Part shown: piece after piece, positions 39,744 through 46,791 of the stretch | Position numbering within the stretch: the first letter of the stretch is position 1 | How the letters are laid out: every line of letters begins with the position of its first letter | NCBI GenBank assembly: GCA_009619095.1 | Contig: WJOT01000043.1 | Coordinates: 1 to 57,308 of the forward strand | Length of the DNA stretch: 57,308 nt | Direction: 5' to 3' | From: Clostridia bacterium | Lineage (GTDB): Bacteria > UBA6262 > WVXT01 | Program-made: the position numbers and the translations under genes | Notes under the pieces: generated by a model | The model's database searches: none | What the model was told of the DNA's origin: nothing | Seen by the model: the letters and a program-made list of their open reading frames with translations, nothing else

Positions 39744-41849
39744 ATGGTAACGAAAATTCGCAAGAGGGATGGCAGGATAGTAAATTTTGACCAGAATAAG
39801 ATTACCAGGGCTATTGAAAAATCTATTCTTGCAGTAAAGGCAAAGAACAGGGCCCTGGCAGAACGACTATCCCGCCAGGTCATAAAGATAGTCAAGCAGA
39901 AATTTGTGGGAAAGATTCCAGGTGTTGAGGATATACAGGATATCGTAGAGAATGTTTTGATTAAAAAGGGACTTACCAGAGTGGCAAAGGCATACATCCT
40001 CTATCGCCAGAAGCGAAAAGAGGTTCGTGAAGCCAAAGGAATCTTTGGTATAGAAGATGATTTGAAATTGCCGGTGAATGCCATAAGAATTCTAGAGAAG
40101 AGGTACTTATTAAAAGACGAATCGGGTAATCTAATCGAAACTCCTAAGAAAATGTTCCAGAGAGTAGCCAGAAAGGTAGCCAGTGCCGACCATCTCTATG
40201 GGAAAAAATTTAATGCAGAAAAGACAGAAAGAGAATTCTACAGGGTAATGTCGAATCTGGAATTCATTCCCAATAGCCCTGCTTTGATCAATGCGGGGAC
40301 TAGGATGGGTCAATTATCTGCTTGTTTTGTCTTACCTGTTGAAGATTCTATGAAATCAATCTTTGAAGCAGTAAAAGATATGGCTTTAATTCATCAGTCA
40401 GGTGGGGGAACAGGGTTCTCATTTTCCAAACTGAGACCAAAAGGAGATTTAGTCAAGTCAACTAAAGGAATTGCTTCCGGTCCTGTTTCGTTTATGAGTG
40501 TGTTCGATATGGCAACAGATATAATCAAACAGGGAGGCAGGAGAAGAGGAGCAAATATGGGAATCTTGAGAGTAGACCACCCCGATATCCTGGAGTTCAT
40601 CACAGCCAAAATCAGGGAAGGCGCCTTTACTAATTTCAATCTCTCAGTTGCCATTACAGATAAGTTTATGAGATTGCTTGAGGCAGACAAGGAGTATGAG
40701 CTAATAAATCCCAGAACAGGAAAACCTACCAGAAAATTAAGGGTCAGAGATATATTTAACTTGATAATAGCGACAGCCTGGAAGACAGGAGATCCAGGTC
40801 TCGTATTCATTGACCGAATAAACAAATACAATCCCACGTCCCATATTGGAAAAATAGAGAGCACTAACCCGTGTGGTGAAGAGCCCTTGTTGCCGTACGA
40901 ATCCTGCGTTTTAGGTTCAATAAATTTATCAAAAATGGCTAAGAGAAGGAAGATAGACTGGCAAAAATTGAGGGACATAATAAGAACAGCCGTCCATTTT
41001 CTGGATAACGTTATTGATATCAATAAATATCCGCTCCCTCAGATAGAGAGAATGACAAAGGGGAACAGAAAAATTGGCCTGGGAGTTATGGGATTTGCCG
41101 AAATGCTAATTAAACTGGGCATTCCCTATAATTCCCAAGAAGGAATCCGTATTGCTGAAAAGACTATGAAATTTATCGCCAGAGAAGCGAGAGAAAAATC
41201 GAAAAGACTAGCAAAGCTGAGAGGAGTCTTTCCAAACTTCAAAGGAAGTATCTGGGCTAAGAGAAAGGTCAGGGTGCGAAATTCCGCTTTAATCACAATT
41301 GCGCCCACAGGGACAATAAGCACAATTGCAGGTTGTTCCAGTGGCATAGAACCTCTATTTGCTATATCATACGTTCGCAGGATACTGGAAGGCACACAAT
41401 TTCTGGAGACCAATAGTTTATTTGAAGAAGTAGCGATGGAAAAGGGATTTTATGATAAGAAATTAATGATGGAGATAGCAAAGAAGGGTTCAATACAACA
41501 TATGAAGAAGATTCCCCAATCGATAAGGAAGATATTCGTGACAGCTTTTGATATCTCACCTGAATGGCATGTGAGAATGCAGGCGGCTTTCCAGAAGTAT
41601 ACAGACAATGCTGTATCAAAAACAGTCAATCTTCCGTATGAAGCCACAGTGGAAGAAGTGGGAAAAGTTTACAAACTCGCCTATCAACTTGGATGCAAAG
41701 GAGTTACCGTCTATCGGTATGGAAGCAAACCCCAGCAGGTACTCTATCTCGGTTCTATCCCTAAAGAGGCAGGGGAAGAGGCACCTGGATACGTAAGTGT
41801 AGATTCAGAGTATGCTGGAGGTTGCCCAGTCCCCTACTGCCTCTTCTAA
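39744..41849 (+). CDS. nrdJ: Class II (adenosylcobalamin-dependent) ribonucleotide reductase with N-terminal ATP cone
   Basis: KRDGR ATP cone, QLSACFV, RRGANM, TNPCGE, IAPTGTIS, C-terminal CxxxxC; no nrdB nearby. Confidence 0.93.
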   Translation: MVTKIRKRDGRIVNFDQNKITRAIEKSILAVKAKNRALAERLSRQVIKIVKQKFVGKIPGVEDIQDIVENVLIKKGLTRVAKAYILYRQKRKEVREAKGIFGIEDDLKLPVNAIRILEKRYLLKDESGNLIETPKKMFQRVARKVASADHLYGKKFNAEKTEREFYRVMSNLEFIPNSPALINAGTRMGQLSACFVLPVEDSMKSIFEAVKDMALIHQSGGGTGFSFSKLRPKGDLVKSTKGIASGPVSFMSVFDMATDIIKQGGRRRGANMGILRVDHPDILEFITAKIREGAFTNFNLSVAITDKFMRLLEADKEYELINPRTGKPTRKLRVRDIFNLIIATAWKTGDPGLVFIDRINKYNPTSHIGKIESTNPCGEEPLLPYESCVLGSINLSKMAKRRKIDWQKLRDIIRTAVHFLDNVIDINKYPLPQIERMTKGNRKIGLGVMGFAEMLIKLGIPYNSQEGIRIAEKTMKFIAREAREKSKRLAKLRGVFPNFKGSIWAKRKVRVRNSALITIAPTGTISTIAGCSSGIEPLFAISYVRRILEGTQFLETNSLFEEVAMEKGFYDKKLMMEIAKKGSIQHMKKIPQSIRKIFVTAFDISPEWHVRMQAAFQKYTDNAVSKTVNLPYEATVEEVGKVYKLAYQLGCKGVTVYRYGSKPQQVLYLGSIPKEAGEEAPGYVSVDSEYAGGCPVPYCLF

Positions 41850-41922
41850 AAAAGGTGACAGGTACATTTTTAACGAGACCGGAGTGTCAAACGAAAGTTT
41901 GACTCACAACTTGGAATTCCTG

Positions 41923-42150
41923 TTGAAAGTAAATGTAAAATTATTTGCCAGTGTTCGTAAGTTTTCCCGGAGAGACAATCTGGAGATAAATATCGAAGAA
42001 GGTTCTATCGTAAAAGATCTACTTTCCAAAATAGGGATACCCCAGAATGAACCTCTTCTTGTTATCGTCAATGAGTCTACCCAAGGAAAAGAGACTCCCC
42101 TTCAAGAAGGGGACACCCTTTGTCTCTTCCCGATAATTGCTGGAGGATAA
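41923..42150 (+). CDS. MoaD/ThiS family sulfur carrier
   Basis: VKLFA...FPIIAGG C-terminal di-Gly; start at TTG 41923 (upstream ORF part is repeat sequence). Confidence 0.85.
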   Translation: MKVNVKLFASVRKFSRRDNLEINIEEGSIVKDLLSKIGIPQNEPLLVIVNESTQGKETPLQEGDTLCLFPIIAGG

Positions 42151-42151
42151 G

Positions 42152-43888
42152 ATGTTTGGTTGGAACGGGAAGATAGCAAAAGTTTACTTAACTGAAAAGA
42201 AAATAGAGCCCATTCCATTAGGCAAAGAATTCCTCGCCGACTACCTGGGAGGCCGTGGTCTAGGGGTGAAACTCGTCTATGATTTAGTGAAGCCTGGTGT
42301 CGACCCACTCTCTTCGGAAAATATCCTCGTGTTTGCTGCCGGACCCCTCACTGGTACTACTTGCCCCACTTCCGGACGATATGCCACTGTTTCTAAATCT
42401 CCACTAACCGGCACCATATTCGATTCTAACAGTGGCGGGAGCTTTGGCCCCGAATTAAAGTTTGCCGGGTTTGACGGATTAGTAGTATTCGGGAAAGCAG
42501 AGGAACCAGTATACATAGAGATTCATAACGGCAAAATCTCCATAAAAGATGCAAAGCATCTCTGGGGCAAAAATACCCGGGAAGTCACCCGGGAATTATC
42601 GAAATTCGGGAGAGTTGCCTGTATAGGCAGAGCGGGAGAAAAAGGAATAAGGTTTGCCAACATAATGAACGACTATACCCATACCTGTGGTCGTGGCGGA
42701 TTGGGAGCTGTGATGGGCAGCAAGAATTTAAAAGCAATTGTAGTGAAAGGAAATAAGAAAATACCCATCTTTGACAGGGATAGATACAAAAAGTATTTTC
42801 AGGACATAACCAGGCTCCTTGTAGCTAGCCCCGTATCTTCCAAAGGTCTTAACCAGTATGGAACAGCAGTTCTGGTCAATTTGATAAACTATATGAGGAT
42901 TCTTCCCACGGGGAATTTCAGGTTTTCCCGGTTTGATTTTGCAGAGGAAATTTCTGGAGAGAAGATAAATTCGGTTTTTCCCATAAAAAAGACACCCTGC
43001 TATGCTTGTCCCATAGCCTGCAAGCGTGAAGTCAGGGACACGGAAATGGAAATACCTGAATATGAGACCATAAGTATGTTCGGTTCCTCTTGCATGATTT
43101 CCAACATTCAGACAATAATGAAAGCAAATAGACTCTGCAATGATTATGGTATGGATACCATTACTGCCGGAAGCACAATTGCCTGCTATTTGGAACTGAA
43201 CGGAAAGCAACTCACAGATGAAAAATTATTAAAGTTAGTCGAACTAATTGGTGAGAGAAAAGAGATTGGTCAAGAATTATCCGAAGGCTCGATGAGATAT
43301 GCCAGAGTCAACAAAAACCCCGATATAAGCATGCAGGTTAAAGGTCTCGAGTTACCCGGCTATGACCCGAGAGGAGTTTTAGGATTGGCTTTAGGATATG
43401 CCACTTCCAATAGAGGAGGATGCCATCTGAGAGCATATATGATTGGTCCAGAGATTTTCGGTAAACCCAAACTAGTAAACAGACTTACTTTCTCAGGAAA
43501 ATCTGGTCTTGTGCAGGTTATTCAGAATCTGTTCACCGCAGTCGATTCTCTGGTAGTTTGTAAATTTGCCCTTTTCAGCGTGGGAGAAGAAGAGTGGGCA
43601 AATATTCTAAGTGCAGTGACCGGAATAGATTTTGTCTCAGAAAGACTGCTTGAGATAGGAGAGCGAGTCTGGAATATAGAGAAATTGTTCAATCTGAAAG
43701 AGAAATTCAGTAATAAAGACGACACCCTCCCGGAAAGGTTTTTCCAAGAGGATGGAGGAGTGGAGGGCAGGAATATTAAGAAAGACGAGTTTCTGGCATC
43801 TCTTCTGGAATACTATCGATTCCGGGGATGGAGTGAAAAGGGCATACCCACAAAAGAGAAACTGGCACAACTCAACATTCAAATGTAG
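42152..43888 (+). CDS. Aldehyde:ferredoxin oxidoreductase family (tungstopterin) protein
   Basis: YLGGRGLG, KSPLTG, GRGGLGAVMGSKNLKA, CYACPIAC, PEYET, DxxGMD, RGGCHLR; RBS ggagg. Confidence 0.95.
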   Translation: MFGWNGKIAKVYLTEKKIEPIPLGKEFLADYLGGRGLGVKLVYDLVKPGVDPLSSENILVFAAGPLTGTTCPTSGRYATVSKSPLTGTIFDSNSGGSFGPELKFAGFDGLVVFGKAEEPVYIEIHNGKISIKDAKHLWGKNTREVTRELSKFGRVACIGRAGEKGIRFANIMNDYTHTCGRGGLGAVMGSKNLKAIVVKGNKKIPIFDRDRYKKYFQDITRLLVASPVSSKGLNQYGTAVLVNLINYMRILPTGNFRFSRFDFAEEISGEKINSVFPIKKTPCYACPIACKREVRDTEMEIPEYETISMFGSSCMISNIQTIMKANRLCNDYGMDTITAGSTIACYLELNGKQLTDEKLLKLVELIGERKEIGQELSEGSMRYARVNKNPDISMQVKGLELPGYDPRGVLGLALGYATSNRGGCHLRAYMIGPEIFGKPKLVNRLTFSGKSGLVQVIQNLFTAVDSLVVCKFALFSVGEEEWANILSAVTGIDFVSERLLEIGERVWNIEKLFNLKEKFSNKDDTLPERFFQEDGGVEGRNIKKDEFLASLLEYYRFRGWSEKGIPTKEKLAQLNIQM

Positions 43889-44011
43889 GGGCTCAATTCA
43901 TTGAGCCCGTATTGTGGTTTTGAACGCGTAGGGGTCCCGATATATCGGGATGGTCGCCCGGTAGACATTGGTTAGGTTGAAAATATTTGTAGGCACAATT
44001 TCAAATTGCAC
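43884..44011. repeat. REP cluster overlapping the AOR stop
   Basis: tgtaggggctcaattcattgagccc; gtagggg-tcccgatatatcggga (43935-43950)-tggtcgccc; tttgtaggcacaatttcaaattgcac. Confidence 0.75.
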
Positions 44012-44044
44012 AAGGACACTTTAAGAGCCCTTCAAGGAGTCATA

Positions 44045-44599
44045 ATGTGGAGAGAAATTAGCAAATTTGGCAAAAAGATGGTTCAGTGTGGATTGGCCCA
44101 TTCCCATTTCGGCAATATCAGCGTGAGAGTAGGAAACAAACTCATAATTACCAGAAGCGGTAGTATGCTCGACGAGATCGATGAGAATATGGTAGTAGAG
44201 TTAGACCTGGATAAGCCCAGTAGTTTCGACACCATAGCTTCCTCAGAAACAATAGTCCATAGGCATATTTACAAAGAGACTTCCGCTTTAGCCATAATCC
44301 ATGCCCATTCTCCATTTGCCATAGTGCAATCGATGATTTCTTCCACAAACCTGTTAATCCCTTCCGACTGTGAAAGCAAATACTTCCTACACGAGATTCC
44401 TATCATAACAGGAGGAGTAGGGTCGAAAGAGCTTGCCCAAAACGCAGCGAATGTACTTAAAGACCACAAAGGCGCGATAATAAAAGAACACGGACCTATT
44501 GCTATCGGAAAGATTGTCGAGGAAGCGTTCGTAACGATATGTTCTATCGAGCATGCTTGCAAAGTTAAGTATTTTGCAGACCTTTTTTCTCGGAAGTAG
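44045..44599 (+). CDS. Class II aldolase/adducin family protein
   Basis: GNISVR, SSETIVH, IHAHS, EHG metal-binding motifs; RBS aaggag before ATG 44045. Confidence 0.9.
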   Translation: MWREISKFGKKMVQCGLAHSHFGNISVRVGNKLIITRSGSMLDEIDENMVVELDLDKPSSFDTIASSETIVHRHIYKETSALAIIHAHSPFAIVQSMISSTNLLIPSDCESKYFLHEIPIITGGVGSKELAQNAANVLKDHKGAIIKEHGPIAIGKIVEEAFVTICSIEHACKVKYFADLFSRK

Positions 44600-44661
44600 A
44601 TGCAGAGCAAAGCTCTGCATCTTTGATGAAATCGGCTCTGGAGTCCTCCCGAAAGGGAGGG
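44596..44661. repeat. REP cluster
   Basis: gtagatgcagagcaaagctctgcatct; ctggagtcctcccgaaagggaggg (44638-44661). Confidence 0.75.
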
Positions 44662-44680
44662 TTGATAGAAGGAGGAAACA

Positions 44681-44935
44681 ATGGTCTCTGGGTTGGTTTT
44701 TGTCCGGCTATTATCAGGACATGAAGAAGCTGTTATGGAAGCATTAAGGCAAATTAGTGGAGTCCAGAAAGTTATTGCTGTTTTTGGCCGGTGGGACCTC
44801 GTAGTTAACGTGCAAGTAGGAGATACAGATGAACTTGCCTCGCTTGTGATTAATAAGATAAGGGCAATTCCAGGTACTACCGCAACAGAAACACTAATTA
44901 CCGTAGGACTCAAAAAACCAAAAATTTTCATCTAG
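44681..44935 (+). CDS. Stand-alone Lrp/AsnC ligand-binding (RAM) domain protein
   Basis: VFGRWDLVV..V...DELASLVINKIRAIPGTTATETLI; no HTH; RBS aggagg. Confidence 0.88.
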   Translation: MVSGLVFVRLLSGHEEAVMEALRQISGVQKVIAVFGRWDLVVNVQVGDTDELASLVINKIRAIPGTTATETLITVGLKKPKIFI

Positions 44936-45013
44936 TCACTGTCAGAGCATCCTTTTCCAATCCCGTCCCTGTTTTGGGATGGGGTAGGGCGCTGAAAGTA
45001 GAATAAAATTTTC

Positions 45014-45042
45014 TTGACGTTTTATTTATTTACTAATATAAT
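45014..45042 (+). promoter_or_regulatory. Sigma70 promoter for the tRNA/GIY-YIG transcript
   Basis: TTGACG-17bp-TATAAT, about 30 nt upstream of the first tRNA-like copy. Confidence 0.75.
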
Positions 45043-45071
45043 AAATTCACTCATAGCATAAAAACACAATT

Positions 45072-45128
45072 GGGCCCATAGCTCAGCTGGTTAGAGCATC
45101 CCGATACATATCGGGAGAGTCCTAGGTT
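45072..45128 (+). pseudogene. Truncated tRNA-Ile2 copy with anticodon arm replaced by a CCCGAT hairpin
   Basis: GGGCCCA TA GCTC AGCTGGTTA GAGC A [TCCCGATACATATCGGGA] GAGTC CTAGG TT, then breaks into the GIY-YIG gene. Confidence 0.85.
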
Positions 45129-45132
45129 ATTA

Positions 45133-45387
45133 ATGTTTTACGTATATATATTAAGAAGCCTCAAAGATGGGAGTTATTACGTAGGTAGCACGTCCAAATT
45201 AGGGAAAAGAATACATAGACATAACAAAGGTCATTCCACTTCAACAAAAGGCAAAAAACCTTTAATTTTAGTCTATAAGAAAGAATATAAGCTAAGATCA
45301 GAAGCAGTAAAGGAAGAGAGAAGAATTAAGAGTCAAAAGAGTAGGATATATATTAAAAATTTAATAAAAACACAATTGGGCCCATAG
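45133..45387 (+). CDS. Small GIY-YIG nuclease family protein
   Basis: YVYIL..YYVGST..RIHRHN..EA..EERRIK motifs; about 31% GC by manual count; stop codon lies inside the tRNA gene. Confidence 0.93.
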   Translation: MFYVYILRSLKDGSYYVGSTSKLGKRIHRHNKGHSTSTKGKKPLILVYKKEYKLRSEAVKEERRIKSQKSRIYIKNLIKTQLGP

Positions 45388-45451
45388 CTCAGCTGGTTAG
45401 AGCACCTGACTCATAATCAGGGAGTCCTAGGTTCAAATCCTAGTGGGCCCA
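45378..45451 (+). tRNA. tRNA-Ile2 (CAT anticodon, lysidine type; elongator Met less likely)
   Basis: Full cloverleaf GGGCCCA/TGGGCCC, D-stem GCTC/GAGC, anticodon arm CCTGA-CTCATAA-TCAGG, T arm CTAGG-TTCAAAT-CCTAG; C4:G69 and C5:G68 TilS determinants; CCA not encoded. Confidence 0.95.
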
Positions 45452-45461
45452 TTTTTCATTT

Positions 45462-45537
45462 TAGGCCATAAATTAACTGGTTAGAGCATCCCGATACATA
45501 TCGGGAGAGTCCCCCGATTCATATCGGGGTGGGCCCA
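45462..45537 (+). pseudogene. tRNA-like copy with both anticodon arm and T arm replaced by CCCGAT hairpins
   Basis: taggcca ta aatt aactggtta gagc a [tcccgatacatatcggga] gagtc [ccccgattcatatcgggg] tgggccc a tttt; colinear with the real tRNA. Confidence 0.85.
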
Positions 45538-45856
45538 TTTTTTATTTCCGGTCATCTCTAAAGCTGGAGTCCTCCCGATAGGGAGGCTGACGACCAGAGA
45601 CCTTGCTTTCGCAAGGACTCCCAACCTTCTTGGAGTTCTCCCCGAAAGGTGGTTGTAGTGAGACCGAACTCGAAGAGGAAAAACACAGATATACATTGTG
45701 TAATCGAGAAATATCTCAAGGAGAATATGAAGAATTTAATGGGCTTTGTCAGCATTGTAAAGGAGGCCGATTCAACGAGGATTCCCTTCGCCAAAGGGTT
45801 TTCCGAAGATTTGATAACTGCGAGTTTCTCTTTAAATTTAGCAGAAAGGTGACGGG

Positions 45857-46096
45857 ATGCTTTTAAATGTCAAGGTGATTCCCAATGCCGGAAGGAACGA
45901 AATTAAAAGGGAAGGAAATTGCTGGAAAGTTCACCTGAGGGCACCAGCGGAAAAAGGAAAGGCGAATAAACTTTTGATTAAATTATTCTCTCAAGAATTC
46001 AAAGTGAAAAAGAACCAGATAAAAATAGTTCAGGGAGAAAAATCGAGACACAAAATTGTGCAGATTGGAAAGAACATTAGTGACAGTTGGTTATAA
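45857..46096 (+). CDS. DUF167 (YggU/UPF0235) family protein
   Basis: VKVIPNA, APAEKGKAN, GEKSRHK. Confidence 0.9.
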   Translation: MLLNVKVIPNAGRNEIKREGNCWKVHLRAPAEKGKANKLLIKLFSQEFKVKKNQIKIVQGEKSRHKIVQIGKNISDSWL

Positions 46097-46104
46097 TTTT
46101 ACAC

Positions 46105-46133
46105 TTGATTTTTTTCTATGGACGTAGTATAAT
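46105..46133 (+). promoter_or_regulatory. Sigma70 promoter, probably giving a leaderless transcript
   Basis: TTGATT-17bp-TATAAT, ATG begins 7 nt after the -10. Confidence 0.6.
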
Positions 46134-46139
46134 AATAGT

Positions 46140-46580
46140 ATGGAAAAAAAGGTGCTAAGAATACTAGCAATAGATGATGAAGAAGGCGTCCTGACACTTC
46201 TTAAGTTCAGACTGGGGAAGTTTGGACACGAAGTGATTACCTCTAATAATGGAATAGATGGAATTAGAAAAGCAAGGATGTTTGAGCCAGACCTTATCCT
46301 TTTAGACCTGGTTATGCCCGGGATGAGTGGCTTCAGGGTTTGTGAGTTACTCAAGTCTTATAAGAAGACAAAAGATATTCCCATTTTCATATTTACCGCT
46401 TTAGACCGGTTAGAAGATGTTGAGCGTGCTTTTGAGAAAGGAGCAGATGACTATATTGTGAAGCCATTCGAAGTTGTAACGATTAATAATACCATTGAGA
46501 ATAAATTCAGCATGTTTATTGAAAAAGCCGAATATAAGGCGGATTTTCAGGAAAGGCGTAGAGAAACTTCTGAAGAGTAA
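46140..46580 (+). CDS. Stand-alone response regulator receiver protein
   Basis: AIDDE, LLDLVMPGMSG, TA, GADDYIVKPF. Confidence 0.92.
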   Translation: MEKKVLRILAIDDEEGVLTLLKFRLGKFGHEVITSNNGIDGIRKARMFEPDLILLDLVMPGMSGFRVCELLKSYKKTKDIPIFIFTALDRLEDVERAFEKGADDYIVKPFEVVTINNTIENKFSMFIEKAEYKADFQERRRETSEE

Positions 46581-46616
46581 TTTTTGAAGATATTTTTAAT
46601 TTAAAGTATTGAAGTT

Positions 46617-46644
46617 AATCTTCCCAGACGGGAAGATTTTTTTT
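46617..46644 (+). terminator. Rho-independent terminator
   Basis: aatcttccc-agac-gggaagatt followed by a T run. Confidence 0.7.
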
Positions 46645-46791
46645 ATTTGATTTTTTATCGAGAAATCTATTATAATTACTTCACCGTCGTAGGGGTTCGA
46701 TTCACCCCGCCCCTGTGTAGGGGCTGGGTGAACCCGCAGAAACGGACTCAATAAATTGAGCCCCTGCAGTCTCTTTGGGAGAAGAGTAAAT

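Larger units (their letters stand above)
45058..45404 (+). repeat. 41-bp exact direct repeat (tRNA leader plus 5' part) flanking the GIY-YIG gene
   Basis: ataaaaacacaattgggcccatagctcagctggttagagca at 45058-45098 and 45364-45404. Confidence 0.95.

Noticed and set aside
44960-44985. Hairpin atcccgtccc/gggatggggt as a terminator or ncRNA
   Set aside because: No U tract and no recognisable family; probably another repeat remnant.
45072-45451. Group I intron with homing endonuclease in a tRNA
   Set aside because: The downstream tRNA is complete and uninterrupted, and there is no room for a ribozyme core around the 255-bp ORF.
45058-45537. CRISPR array or integrative-element att sites
   Set aside because: The repeats are tRNA-derived and irregularly spaced, with no cas or integrase gene; the duplication flanking the nuclease gene covers the 5' part of the tRNA, not the 3' att core.
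45564-45650. Hammerhead ribozyme (CTGACGA and GAAA present)
   Set aside because: The stem II closing pair and the stem III/UH geometry do not fit the hammerhead consensus.
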